Virus record (IMG/VR): IMGVR_UViG_3300045988_122465
Source of the DNA: a virus
DNA: 61,204 nucleotides
Direction: 5' to 3' (one strand)
Part shown: in pieces, positions 34,690-43,370 of the stretch
How positions within the stretch are numbered: position 1 is the stretch's first letter
Layout: every line of letters starts with the position of its first letter
Notes under the pieces: model-generated
Seen by the model: the letters and a program-made list of their open reading frames with translations, nothing else
Told to the model about the DNA's origin: nothing
Database searches by the model: none
Position numbers and translations under genes: made by a program

Positions 34690-36189
34690 TCACTCCCCTT
34701 TCTTTATGTTTTGTTTCTGCATTTCAGCGTTTATCTTTTCTTCTTGTTCTTCTTTTATCTCAGCGAGTTCTTCTTCGATGCGGTCAATATTTCCAGCAAA
34801 CATTACCCCATGTCGTTGCGACCATACACCACCTGACACAGCCTTTACAGCTACATTGACTTTATCTTCTAAATTATCAAGGCGATACGGAACAACTTCT
34901 GTACTAATATCTATCGTTTCAGTTGCTTTGTTAAATTCAGATGGATTGATAGAGCCTAAAGCGGAAACAATGAAATTGACTCTTCGTTGTAAAAATTCAC
35001 CTATCATCTCGGCATGATTTTGAACTTGCAAATGTGTCGAAAGAAACACGTAATCGAAAGCCACTCCCGACAAGGCATTTCCAGCGCCGCTCAACTTTTC
35101 AAAACTGATTTGCGGTGTATTTGTCATAGAATATGCTTTTTCAAAAAGGGTTTCTACCTCAAATTTTACGGTATCATTTGCTTGGTTCCACGTCAGATAT
35201 TGGGCATCCGCACCTTCACCTGTAAGTTTGACCATTCTATCTTTAACCTTACCCATGAAACCCTCTACATCACCAATTAGCTTCAACAGTGGGAAGAAAT
35301 GATAGTCTATGCAGTCGGCATAATTGGATAAAAGTTTCTCCAAGCGTATACGGAAGGTTTTTATCTTCTTGCAATAAGGTTCAGGTCGGTAGACATAGAG
35401 AACCGGCAGTTTGGGGAATCCGTGAACGAAAGAAATTCTTTCTTCATACCCTTTAGATAAATCCCATTGATAGACTGCTTTATCCGTGATAGTCATAAAG
35501 CAGGTAACTTCCGAATCATCCATGAGCTTTTTCTTGTACTCACGGGAGAAAGCAATCATCTTGCCTTCATCGTTGAAAAACGGATAAAGTTTATCCCCTC
35601 GGAATGGTGACCACAACACGCTTTTCAACTTCTTAGTAGGCTTTACCTTACCTCCAAAAGTGGTCTTCACTTTCTTCCAAAACTTCGCCCAGAACGAATC
35701 ATCATCGGTCGCGTACCAATACTCGGCTACCTCTTGCTCGGATAACCAGGAACGGACAATCTTCTTGTTCTGGTATTTGATTTTATTGGATTTGAATACA
35801 GCTTTGACCGCATCCAACAGCTTCTTTTCGTCATCATCAGTTGGAGTGCAATCCATAGACGGTTCTGTGCCGACCGTGAAAGCGGTTTGAATGTTCACTA
35901 TATCCTGCTCCAAAGGAATGGAGATACGGTTCACCGGTTCGGTTTTGTACTGTGCTTCAATCTCATAAGTCTTGCCGGTCTTTTCATCGAAATCTTTTTC
36001 CGCTTCCTTTTCAAGCACTTTTCTGTCTGGGTACTTCTCTTTATCAACCATGATTTCATGGCGTTCTGGATTCCAGTCGTCCCAAAGCTTGCAACGGTCA
36101 GGAAGTTCGGTTTTTCTACCTTTCTTTAAGTAGCTTATTTTCTGCCCGATGTCAGGCAATGCTAATATTTCTTCAAGCGTTAATGGCAT
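34690..36189 (-). CDS. Portal protein
   Basis: 499 aa directly downstream of the large terminase. Confidence 0.75.
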   Translation of the reverse strand: MPLTLEEILALPDIGQKISYLKKGRKTELPDRCKLWDDWNPERHEIMVDKEKYPDRKVLEKEAEKDFDEKTGKTYEIEAQYKTEPVNRISIPLEQDIVNIQTAFTVGTEPSMDCTPTDDDEKKLLDAVKAVFKSNKIKYQNKKIVRSWLSEQEVAEYWYATDDDSFWAKFWKKVKTTFGGKVKPTKKLKSVLWSPFRGDKLYPFFNDEGKMIAFSREYKKKLMDDSEVTCFMTITDKAVYQWDLSKGYEERISFVHGFPKLPVLYVYRPEPYCKKIKTFRIRLEKLLSNYADCIDYHFFPLLKLIGDVEGFMGKVKDRMVKLTGEGADAQYLTWNQANDTVKFEVETLFEKAYSMTNTPQISFEKLSGAGNALSGVAFDYVFLSTHLQVQNHAEMIGEFLQRRVNFIVSALGSINPSEFNKATETIDISTEVVPYRLDNLEDKVNVAVKAVSGGVWSQRHGVMFAGNIDRIEEELAEIKEEQEEKINAEMQKQNIKKGE

Positions 36190-36200
36190 AATCTATATTT

Positions 36201-37469
36201 TTAGTGTGTGAATATTCCAGTTAAATCTTTCGGCTTCTGAATCTTGCCAAGAAGCTCACCCAATACATAATAACGTGCAGCGTCTATACCGTGATTGTCA
36301 TGGTCTTCCGGCTCATTGATGTAATTTCCATCCTTGTCCTTCGCCCAAACATATTTTCGGAACTCACTTTGCAAGTTATAAGAGCGTTTGGTGATGTATA
36401 TTTCATACTCCTTCATCTTATCTATACCCGCTACAACAGAACCGGGGTATTTACTTACAGCATATATCCTCACACCTCCGTTATGAATCTCTTGAATGGT
36501 TCTTGGGTCTGCACTATCAGCTATAGTTTTTAATCCCCAAGGACGTATAGATTTAACAATGTCGGATGACAGCAGTCCTGTTCGATAGTCTACTTCATCA
36601 AGATATAGGCGATTATCAATAACTCCACACCGGATTGCTGCCGTTGGATCATTGGTGAAACCAAAGTCAAGACCTAAACCGACTTTTTTGCATTCCTGCG
36701 GGAATTCGTCAATAATACCCCACTTCTTGAATACAGCACCTTCCGCCACGTCAGCCCACCGGCCGATAACCACATGAGCGTACTTTTCGGGATTACCCAC
36801 CTTCATATCTTCCACCTCTTTCAGGAACTCTGGTGAAAGATTCTCTAGGTTATCTAGGTAGGTAGTATGAATGTGGAGTACATTCGGATGTGTGGAAACC
36901 TGAACTTGCGCACCATCAATCTCTACAAGCTTGTGAGTATTCTCTATGTACTTTTTATAGATGAAGTGATTGGAATCACACGGATTCATTATAATGATAA
37001 TCCGGTTCTGAATCCCCTTTTTACGGATAGAGAGCATTATTTTATCGAACTCTTCCTCATTCGTCCACTCTTCCGCTTCATCACAGACGAAAGTAGTAAT
37101 CCCCTGAATAGATTTTAGTTTTGCCGTCTGATTACCGGAAGAAGTCTTGATGCCTCGGAACATTATACGGCTATTAGTCATTTTATTGACTATATCCGTC
37201 TTGGTAGTCTTGAAATACTTAGTTGTTCCGTCTAGCTCTATCTTCTCCATCATTTCGGGAATGATAGACATACCAGCGGAAACCATCGTGTAGCGGGTGT
37301 AGAGAACCTGATGCACTATCTTTTCGGCTTCCGTCATTTCAAAGGTCAGACGTTCAATGAAGGTGGAAGCATTGAAGGATTTGCCGGAGCCACGACCGCC
37401 GGTGATAAGAATAATGAATTTATCCGTATCAGTGTATAATGGATGGTAAATTTCTTGAGGTACTATCAT
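36201..37469 (-). CDS. terL: Terminase large subunit
   Basis: Walker A ILITGGRGSGKSF, VCDEAEE Walker B-like, C-terminal nuclease-type acidic residues. Confidence 0.85.
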   Translation of the reverse strand: MIVPQEIYHPLYTDTDKFIILITGGRGSGKSFNASTFIERLTFEMTEAEKIVHQVLYTRYTMVSAGMSIIPEMMEKIELDGTTKYFKTTKTDIVNKMTNSRIMFRGIKTSSGNQTAKLKSIQGITTFVCDEAEEWTNEEEFDKIMLSIRKKGIQNRIIIIMNPCDSNHFIYKKYIENTHKLVEIDGAQVQVSTHPNVLHIHTTYLDNLENLSPEFLKEVEDMKVGNPEKYAHVVIGRWADVAEGAVFKKWGIIDEFPQECKKVGLGLDFGFTNDPTAAIRCGVIDNRLYLDEVDYRTGLLSSDIVKSIRPWGLKTIADSADPRTIQEIHNGGVRIYAVSKYPGSVVAGIDKMKEYEIYITKRSYNLQSEFRKYVWAKDKDGNYINEPEDHDNHGIDAARYYVLGELLGKIQKPKDLTGIFTH

Positions 37470-37981
37470 TTCAGCTTGTCTTTAATCCAGGAATCAATAC
37501 TAATACCGTGGTTTATGTTGGTAGGAATATCAGCATCTTCATCCTGTTTACGTTCAATCCTCCTCCAGTCTTCATCGTAATGGTACAACCAGGTCATTTG
37601 AGCACTCAAATTGGGAGCCAATTCACCTTCTACAGTTTGAACTTCTTCCTCACCTGTCAGTTTACCGTCCTTATCCCGCAGCTTTCGAATAGTAGTGTTC
37701 TTTGTTTTGATACCACCAAGGGCCATAGCAAGGAACTTTGCCCGGACAAGAGAGTTTATTGCACAACGCGCGCGTGAGAGGGTTTGACTTAATTGACTGA
37801 ACTCTCTTTTCTTCCTACAAAAAGTTTCTGGTTCAATTCCAATGGCATGAGCTATTTCTCCGTCAGTGAATCCCTTTTTGGCATACGACTCTACGAGAGA
37901 AAGGAATTCCTCGCTTGTGTAATCAAACTTAGGCTTTCTTCCTCCTTTACCTTTTTTGTTTTGAGATTCACTTTTTGTCAT
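37466..37981 (-). CDS. terS: Terminase small subunit (HTH)
   Basis: Basic N-terminus, GFTDGEIAHAIGIEPETF HTH, overlaps the terL start. Confidence 0.65.
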   Translation of the reverse strand: MTKSESQNKKGKGGRKPKFDYTSEEFLSLVESYAKKGFTDGEIAHAIGIEPETFCRKKREFSQLSQTLSRARCAINSLVRAKFLAMALGGIKTKNTTIRKLRDKDGKLTGEEEVQTVEGELAPNLSAQMTWLYHYDEDWRRIERKQDEDADIPTNINHGISIDSWIKDKLK

Positions 37982-37985
37982 AATC

Positions 37986-38180
37986 TTATCCGTTAGCTAA
38001 ACCTCGGCTAGCAGTTGTGTAACCCCTTCTATCTCTGAAATTGGAGAAAGGAAGCAGTGAAGAGTCTACTCTTAAACTTCTTGCCAGATTTTGGGTTACA
38101 TTATACCCTGCACGAGAGATTCGTTGGTTATTTGATATGTTTCTTGCAATATTACCACTTGCTGCATAGGTTTTTCTCAA
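37986..38180 (-). CDS. Small basic Arg/Asn/Gly/Ser-rich ORF S1 (TTG start)
   Basis: ...NIARNISNN...ASRGLANG*; paralog of S2 and S3; ends 4 nt before terS. Confidence 0.4.
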   Translation of the reverse strand: MRKTYAASGNIARNISNNQRISRAGYNVTQNLARSLRVDSSLLPFSNFRDRRGYTTASRGLANG

Positions 38181-38249
38181 CCTTTTTGTTGTTGAAAGAA
38201 TTTCGCTGTAACTTCTTTGTCTTTTTCTGACTCTGCTTTCCTCCTATAA

Positions 38250-38990
38250 TTAATCTATTCTCTCTACTTGTTCATCGAATACCTCTCCCTTGATAAATTT
38301 CATATCTGGATCATAACCGAACCTTTCACAGAAAGCCGCTTTAGCTTTATAGGAATCAAAGGATAACATTACATAAGCATCCATATTCTCGGCTTGCTTC
38401 TGTGCATTCTCCTTGACCTGTTGCTTGACTTCTTTCATGTGGGCTACTTTTTCGGCACGTTCCAACTGTTTGGCGGCTTTATCGGCTTCTTTCTGTTCGG
38501 TGACAGGTGACATCATATCAGACAAAGCATCAGCAATGGAGCTTTCTTCTTCAGTCTGCAACAGATAATCAACACCAATCATGTTTAGGTCAGCATCAGT
38601 CAGACCTGCGTCTTTCCAATCAATATCAGGAACAATCTGCGCAAGAGCGTCGAAATCCCAAGTACCTTGCGCATTGGGGTTATTCATTAAAATGTTCAAC
38701 TCCTTTTCCTGTTTTTCGTCTACGTCAATGACATCGACACGAATACGATAGTCGTTATCGGGGAACTTCTGCAATTCATCCATGACAGACAAACGCTGAT
38801 GTCCGCTGACTACGGTCAATCCAGTACGCTTGTTCACGACAATTCCACCGACCAACCCGAATTTCTTGATACCACGTTTTAATGTCTTTCGTGATTCATC
38901 GGAAAGTTTTCGAGGATTATAATTTGCAAAGTGAATGGCAGAACGATTTAGTTCTACCGATTCGCTCTTTATGTACTTACTTAGTTCCAT
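38250..38990 (-). CDS. ParB-like nuclease domain protein
   Basis: FGLVGGIVVNKRTGLTVVSGHQRLS ParB N-terminal motif. Confidence 0.75.
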   Translation of the reverse strand: MELSKYIKSESVELNRSAIHFANYNPRKLSDESRKTLKRGIKKFGLVGGIVVNKRTGLTVVSGHQRLSVMDELQKFPDNDYRIRVDVIDVDEKQEKELNILMNNPNAQGTWDFDALAQIVPDIDWKDAGLTDADLNMIGVDYLLQTEEESSIADALSDMMSPVTEQKEADKAAKQLERAEKVAHMKEVKQQVKENAQKQAENMDAYVMLSFDSYKAKAAFCERFGYDPDMKFIKGEVFDEQVERID

Positions 38991-38991
38991 G

Positions 38992-39207
38992 TTATCCGTT
39001 ACTTAAACCTAATCCACCACTGCGTCCTTGACGAGCAGACCTTGAATATTGTTGGTACACGCTTCCGTTTCTTGCATAATTTAAACGGCTAAGGTTACGA
39101 TACATGGCACCGCCAATACTGTTAATTCTTGCCTGCCTTCCTGGATTACCAGCTGCAGCATTACTCAAACGATTGGTTTGTACGCCTATATCGGCAGCAC
39201 TTTTCAT
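38992..39207 (-). CDS. Small basic ORF S2
   Basis: ...GRQARINSIGG...SGGLGLSNG*; ends 1 nt before the ParB-like ATG. Confidence 0.45.
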   Translation of the reverse strand: MKSAADIGVQTNRLSNAAAGNPGRQARINSIGGAMYRNLSRLNYARNGSVYQQYSRSARQGRSGGLGLSNG

Positions 39208-39911
39208 TCTTCCTCTTCTTCTATTTCTGACTCGGCTATTTGTTTTTTATTATTATACTCAAATAAAATTCTTTCACTCATAGGAAATACCCGATAGATT
39301 CGTTGTAAATCCTGCGGATAGTTCTCTTTTAACCAAAGCATACAATCAAGATTAAACCCCACTCCTGAACTGGCTTTTAAAGAATATCTAACTGGTTCTG
39401 GCAATCCATGTTGTCTCATGTATGCAAGAATATCCTTTTGCGTCCAATCAGCCAAAGGATAACATAAGCCGTTGTTCTCATATCCGTTAGCTTCATACCC
39501 TTTCAGCATCAAACGTCTATTCATGCCATCGGCTTTCTTCATCCCCAAGAACGTGTAATAAACTCCATGAGCAAGTTGCATAGCTTTTACCACATCAGCA
39601 AGTTTCAGCAGCTTCACCTTTGGATTAGGGACACAATACAACCCGCCACGAAGAATGTAAGTTAGATTCCAGTGAGGCGTTTGCACAAACTCGATCTTTG
39701 GATATTTGGCTTTAGTCCAGCCAATCCATCGGTTTATGTGCTCCAAGTCTTTGACGAAGTACATAAACACACAAACGATCCGATCAAACTTTGGATAGAT
39801 TAAATCAAGTAGGACAAGCGAATCTTTACCCAAGGATAAAAACAGTAAAGCCTCATTCGATTTTACCCGAATGAGGTCTATATACCGGTTCGCTTGCTCT
39901 ATTTTGTTCAT
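39204..39911 (-). CDS. PAPS-reductase-like PP-loop protein
   Basis: FLSLGKDSLVLLDL (SGGKDS-type PP-loop). Confidence 0.7.
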   Translation of the reverse strand: MNKIEQANRYIDLIRVKSNEALLFLSLGKDSLVLLDLIYPKFDRIVCVFMYFVKDLEHINRWIGWTKAKYPKIEFVQTPHWNLTYILRGGLYCVPNPKVKLLKLADVVKAMQLAHGVYYTFLGMKKADGMNRRLMLKGYEANGYENNGLCYPLADWTQKDILAYMRQHGLPEPVRYSLKASSGVGFNLDCMLWLKENYPQDLQRIYRVFPMSERILFEYNNKKQIAESEIEEEEE

Positions 39912-39913
39912 AG

Positions 39914-40042
39914 TTATCCTCCGGACACACCTAATGACACACGTAAATCAGCATAACGCTGCCTACGCGATCCTAACTGTGTGGCACTAGCCGTACCTCT
40001 ACGATTGGCTACCAATCTACCGCCTGCTCCTGCGCCATTCAT
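39914..40042 (-). CDS. Small basic ORF S3 (42 aa; homology continues upstream of the ATG)
   Basis: MNGAGAGGRLVANRRGTASATQLGSRRQRYADLRVSLGVSGG*; upstream in-frame ARRINRVAG matches S2 ARINSIGG. Confidence 0.35.
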   Translation of the reverse strand: MNGAGAGGRLVANRRGTASATQLGSRRQRYADLRVSLGVSGG

Positions 40043-40114
40043 GTTTCTGCGCGGTCCGGCTACTCTGTTAATTCTTCTTGCGACTCAGCAAATCAAATTT
40101 TAAGTTTAAACAAT

Positions 40115-40504
40115 TCAATCTATATGTTTCTCTAATATTTTGCCTAAAGTATAATCCATTTGGGCGGCAAGATATTCTTCACCTTTATAAGTATAAACAA
40201 TATCCTTGCCTTCATCATCTGTGAGAATTGATGCTCCTGCATCTTTCACCTCAACTATAATATACGGACGTTTACCCCTATATTCACCAGTTAACAGCTT
40301 TATAGCATCATACTTGATAGGCTTTAATTCTATCTCACCCTCTTCAGGTAATTCGTCATCAGCCTTGTATTCTTTACCATCACAAAGGTAGGTGATATAC
40401 TTCTTTGCATTGGTAGGTCTAATTTCACGGTATTCGTGCGTTTTTTTGCCTACCAAGATTTCATCGAAATACTTCTGTTTGATGCTCAATGTAAGAATGT
40501 TCAT
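40115..40504 (-). CDS. ASCH-like domain protein
   Basis: LSIKQKYFDEILVGKKTHEYREIR. Confidence 0.5.
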   Translation of the reverse strand: MNILTLSIKQKYFDEILVGKKTHEYREIRPTNAKKYITYLCDGKEYKADDELPEEGEIELKPIKYDAIKLLTGEYRGKRPYIIVEVKDAGASILTDDEGKDIVYTYKGEEYLAAQMDYTLGKILEKHID

Positions 40505-40536
40505 AATCGTGTCAAATTTAAATCAATACTCAATAG

Positions 40537-40608
40537 TTGCGGGGGGCTGAATCGAACAACCGACCTTCACCAAGTCAAAGTGAAAAGCTACCACTGCTAC
40601 ACCCCGCG
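40537..40608 (-). tRNA. Phage tRNA, anticodon GAC (Val) by position, with atypical features
   Basis: CGCGGGG-UG-UAGC-AGUGGUA-GCUU-U-UCACU-UUGACUU-GGUGA-AGGUC-GGUUG-UUCGAUU-CAGCC-CCCCGCA-A; C1/A72 mismatch, U at position 37. Confidence 0.65.
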
Positions 40609-40666
40609 ATAGTACCCCAAAGGTACTACCACAACCAAAGATAACGAAATATATTCAATCGTTATA

Positions 40667-40690
40667 CACGACAATCGGTTTATTGTCGTG
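40667..40690. promoter_or_regulatory. Hairpin CACGACAAT-N6-ATTGTCGTG at the early/packaging boundary
   Basis: 9-bp perfect stem, same core as 30363-30390. Confidence 0.5.
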
Positions 40691-40886
40691 AACTAAGCCA
40701 AATATCACGTTCTTCTCTGCAAGCTTTTAGCGTTGGGGCTACTGTAGCAAACAGATCGCCGCTTTCAGTACGGTAGTCATACTGGTACATTCGCCTTACT
40801 TTACCTTTTAGTTTTATTGAGAAAGTGCAGTAGTTCTCTTTACCTGGTTGGCATACGCTACAACCGTTTTTGTTTATTGAGTTCAT
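40680..40886 (-). CDS. Hypothetical 68-aa Cys-containing protein
   Basis: ORF track. Confidence 0.55.
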   Translation of the reverse strand: MNSINKNGCSVCQPGKENYCTFSIKLKGKVRRMYQYDYRTESGDLFATVAPTLKACREERDIWLSSRQ

Positions 40887-40933
40887 AACTAATCTATATT
40901 TAAAGTTTTACATTCAATCTTTCTACGCTCGTA

Positions 40934-41230
40934 TCAAAAATCACATGTGTGCGTATATTGCTTTTTCAGGCTCTCTAAGGCTTTTTCTGTAACAAGATAT
41001 GTGTAGCATTCATTGCTGCCAATGCGCTTAATAGAGCGTGTTTCTTTGAGAACAATAGGCTTGTTGAAGATAACTTCATACTTGTTGCCACAACTTGTTA
41101 TCAGAAAATCAACACTACGTTTATATTCGTCCAGTTCTGTTTCTTTGTATTCACCTTTAGAGATGAAATTGGGATTGGGTACCAAGTACCCCTCTGCTAT
41201 TAATACGCTATTCGAGTTGTATACTTTCAT
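40934..41230 (-). CDS. Hypothetical 98-aa protein (paralog of 2713..2973)
   Basis: ACGATTATG start context; shared C-terminal ...CDF. Confidence 0.7.
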   Translation of the reverse strand: MKVYNSNSVLIAEGYLVPNPNFISKGEYKETELDEYKRSVDFLITSCGNKYEVIFNKPIVLKETRSIKRIGSNECYTYLVTEKALESLKKQYTHTCDF

Positions 41231-41241
41231 AATCGTGTATG

Positions 41242-41379
41242 CTAATAGAAAAACATTTTACAGTGGTTATTGTACAATCTTGATCTCAACGGGCTAGGGT
41301 TGGCGAGCCAAGCAAAATGAAAATTTAGGCTAATTTCACACATTACGTTTTTATGGTGAATCCATTGTTCTTTTGTCAT
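41242..41379 (-). CDS. Possible 45-aa ORF
   Basis: ACGATTATGAC start context only. Confidence 0.25.
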   Translation of the reverse strand: MTKEQWIHHKNVMCEISLNFHFAWLANPSPLRSRLYNNHCKMFFY

Positions 41380-41389
41380 AATCGTATTA

Positions 41390-41599
41390 TTAAAGATTCA
41401 TATATAAACAAGTCAGATCACATTCTTCATCGTAGTCGTATTCAAGCGATACGGGTGCAAAGTATTGCTGTATCTTCTTTGCTGCTGTTTCATTCTTACC
41501 CTCAAAAGAGAAAGTAAAAGAGCGCTTGCCTCTGACTGTTATTTCAACCGGTATGCCTGCTACCTTAGTCATGTTGTTTTCAAGTTCTTGTTTTGTCAT
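41390..41599 (-). CDS. Hypothetical 69-aa protein
   Basis: ACGATTATG start at 41599 (track start 41632). Confidence 0.6.
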   Translation of the reverse strand: MTKQELENNMTKVAGIPVEITVRGKRSFTFSFEGKNETAAKKIQQYFAPVSLEYDYDEECDLTCLYMNL

Positions 41600-41609
41600 A
41601 ATCGTATAT

Positions 41610-41792
41610 TTAAGCGTTAATACCAATTGCATTTCTCATAAAGTCACTCGCTTGCTCTACTGACATATCCAACTTCTTTTGGATCAGAATAAGCATACAG
41701 CTTACTTGCTCTTTTGTATTTAAGTTGCCTTGTACAAATTCTAACATGATGAACTTTTCTATTGTTTTTTGTTTAATTACTGATGTTGCCAT
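41610..41792 (-). CDS. Hypothetical 60-aa protein
   Basis: ACGATTATG start. Confidence 0.55.
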   Translation of the reverse strand: MATSVIKQKTIEKFIMLEFVQGNLNTKEQVSCMLILIQKKLDMSVEQASDFMRNAIGINA

Positions 41793-41828
41793 AATCGTGT
41801 GTATTGTGGTAGCCCGAAGGCTACCGGA

Positions 41829-42038
41829 TTAAACCAAACCCAATCTTTTCGCAATGTAAGCGTCATGATTAATCTCGCCATAAGAGGCATATTCATTCGG
41901 GCTGTTTCTTTCAAGGGTTCTGCGATACTCATCGCATAATTCTTGCGCCTCAATCTGCGTGAGATTTGATGCTATTAGACACTCTTTGTTGCCAACTATC
42001 TCTTGTATGTATACAAACCAAGTATTTTTGCTTTTCAT
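41829..42038 (-). CDS. Hypothetical 69-aa protein
   Basis: ORF track. Confidence 0.55.
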   Translation of the reverse strand: MKSKNTWFVYIQEIVGNKECLIASNLTQIEAQELCDEYRRTLERNSPNEYASYGEINHDAYIAKRLGLV

Positions 42039-42080
42039 AATCTTCTGTGTTACGCAGGGCTTTCGCCCTGCTGGTTAAGC

Positions 42081-42260
42081 TTAGTTTATTTCGTAATAAG
42101 GTTGCTCGCCTCTAATAACTCTCTTTGCATCTGCAATGCTATCATACAGCTTTGCTTCATCATTGTCTATGATTACAAATTCTTAATGAAAGCCATCTTC
42201 AAACATTGTTATTGTGTGACCTTTGTAACTTACTTCTTTTATGATCTTCTTTGTTGTCAT
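42081..42260 (-). pseudogene. Small early gene with an in-frame TAA at codon 26
   Basis: MTTKKIIKEVSYKGHTITMFEDGFH*EFVIIDNDEAKLYDSIADAKRVIRGEQPYYEIN*; TAA at 42183-42185. Confidence 0.5.
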
Positions 42261-42286
42261 AATCGTATATCTTTTAATTGCTATTA

Positions 42287-42463
42287 TTATTTAATACCGC
42301 AAAGTTTTGAAACTTTCAGTAACTCTTTATCGCTCATAAATATGAGGTCGAAGAAAACACCCTCATCAAAAGGCTGGTTTTGCGATAAAGCGGCTGATTT
42401 CATTTCAACCATGATTCTAGTAATCAATTCACCTTTTACCTTATCACTCATTTTTGTTGCCAT
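42287..42463 (-). CDS. Hypothetical 58-aa protein
   Basis: MATKMSDKVKGELITRIMVEMKSAALSQNQPFDEGVFFDLIFMSDKELLKVSKLCGIK; first gene after the promoter at 42496. Confidence 0.5.
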   Translation of the reverse strand: MATKMSDKVKGELITRIMVEMKSAALSQNQPFDEGVFFDLIFMSDKELLKVSKLCGIK

Positions 42464-42495
42464 AATCTTTATATTTTAATTGTTATTACTTCGTT

Positions 42496-42516
42496 TTTGA
42501 TGATGCAAAGATAGTA
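42496..42516 (-). promoter_or_regulatory. Early promoter copy (minus sense ACTATCTTTGCATCATCAAA)
   Basis: TAtcTTTG -7 box inside the conserved GCATCATCAAA context. Confidence 0.55.
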
Positions 42517-42597
42517 TATTGTGTTACAAATAATACTATTTATGTAGTTAATAAATTATAAATATATTATTCTGTGTAACGTATAATAATTATATGA

Positions 42598-42610
42598 GTA
42601 TATTTGCATC
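42598..42610 (+). promoter_or_regulatory. Promoter copy (plus sense GTATATTTGCATC) abutting the ATG of 42611
   Basis: Same core as the early promoters; the ATG lies in the predicted +1 region. Confidence 0.5.
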
Positions 42611-42835
42611 ATGGAAAAGGAAGATAAAAGAAGAGTTATACACGTAGAAATGAAAGCAACTGGTAAGCATAGGTATTTTGCTTCACCTGCTGCCATCTAT
42701 GATGTATTTTCAAGTCAAGAACTCGGAATTGCCCGACAGTCACTTCTGAACTACTGGCAAAAAACAGAAGCCCCCTATGAGAATGCTGTTTGCATAATCA
42801 GAAAAGGGGAGTTAGAACGTAAAAAGAAAGGATAA
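42611..42835 (+). CDS. Hypothetical basic 74-aa protein (possible DNA-binding)
   Basis: ORF track; opposite strand to the surrounding early genes. Confidence 0.6.
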   Translation: MEKEDKRRVIHVEMKATGKHRYFASPAAIYDVFSSQELGIARQSLLNYWQKTEAPYENAVCIIRKGELERKKKG

Positions 42836-42839
42836 ATTT

Positions 42840-43229
42840 ATGTTGAAGCTATCAGAGATAAGAAAAACGTATGAAGATTTAACAGGAAAGCTAAGTGACA
42901 TTAATCGCCAATTATGCTTCGCAGGATTTGGTATTATATGGATTTTCAACAAAACTGGAAATGAAACAATAATACCAAGTGAATTATATGAGCCAGCTGT
43001 ATGGCTAGTGATTTCGTTAGCTATTGATGTGATACAATATGTGTATTCATCTATAGCATGGGCTATTTATTATACCACAAAGCGAAAGAGGAATAAAAAT
43101 GATGACAAAATAGAGGTTGACGAGCCTACAGGAATTAATTATCTTACATGGATTTTATTTTCTGCTAAGGTTATAACTATGTGTATCGGTTTTTATAAAA
43201 TAGGATTTTTCTTAATTTCAAAATTATAA
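42840..43229 (+). CDS. Multi-pass membrane protein, 129 aa
   Basis: 3-4 hydrophobic segments (LCFAGFGIIWIF, AVWLVISLAIDVIQYVY, YLTWILFSAKVITMCIGFYKIGFFLI). Confidence 0.6.
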   Translation: MLKLSEIRKTYEDLTGKLSDINRQLCFAGFGIIWIFNKTGNETIIPSELYEPAVWLVISLAIDVIQYVYSSIAWAIYYTTKRKRNKNDDKIEVDEPTGINYLTWILFSAKVITMCIGFYKIGFFLISKL

Positions 43230-43233
43230 TATT

Positions 43234-43362
43234 ATGGCAAAAACAAACACCCCAAAACCGAGTACCCCAAAACCGAGTACCCCAAAATCTATTCCTTCAC
43301 ACGGAAATGGAGGTAAAATAACCGAAGTTAATGGTACTGGACCAAGAAGACCAAAAAAGTAA
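43234..43362 (+). CDS. 42-aa Pro/Lys-rich ORF with a tandem PKPST repeat
   Basis: MAKTNTPKPSTPKPSTPKSIPSHGNGGKITEVNGTGPRRPKK; nucleotide repeat ccccaaaaccgagta x2. Confidence 0.4.
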   Translation: MAKTNTPKPSTPKPSTPKSIPSHGNGGKITEVNGTGPRRPKK

Positions 43363-43370
43363 ATTAAAAA

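Noticed and set aside
42003-42479. 158-aa plus-strand ORF across the small early gene region
   Set aside because: It overlaps several minus-strand small genes that carry the conserved ACGATTATG starts. Its translation is hydrophobic, low-complexity and Cys/Phe/Ile-rich.
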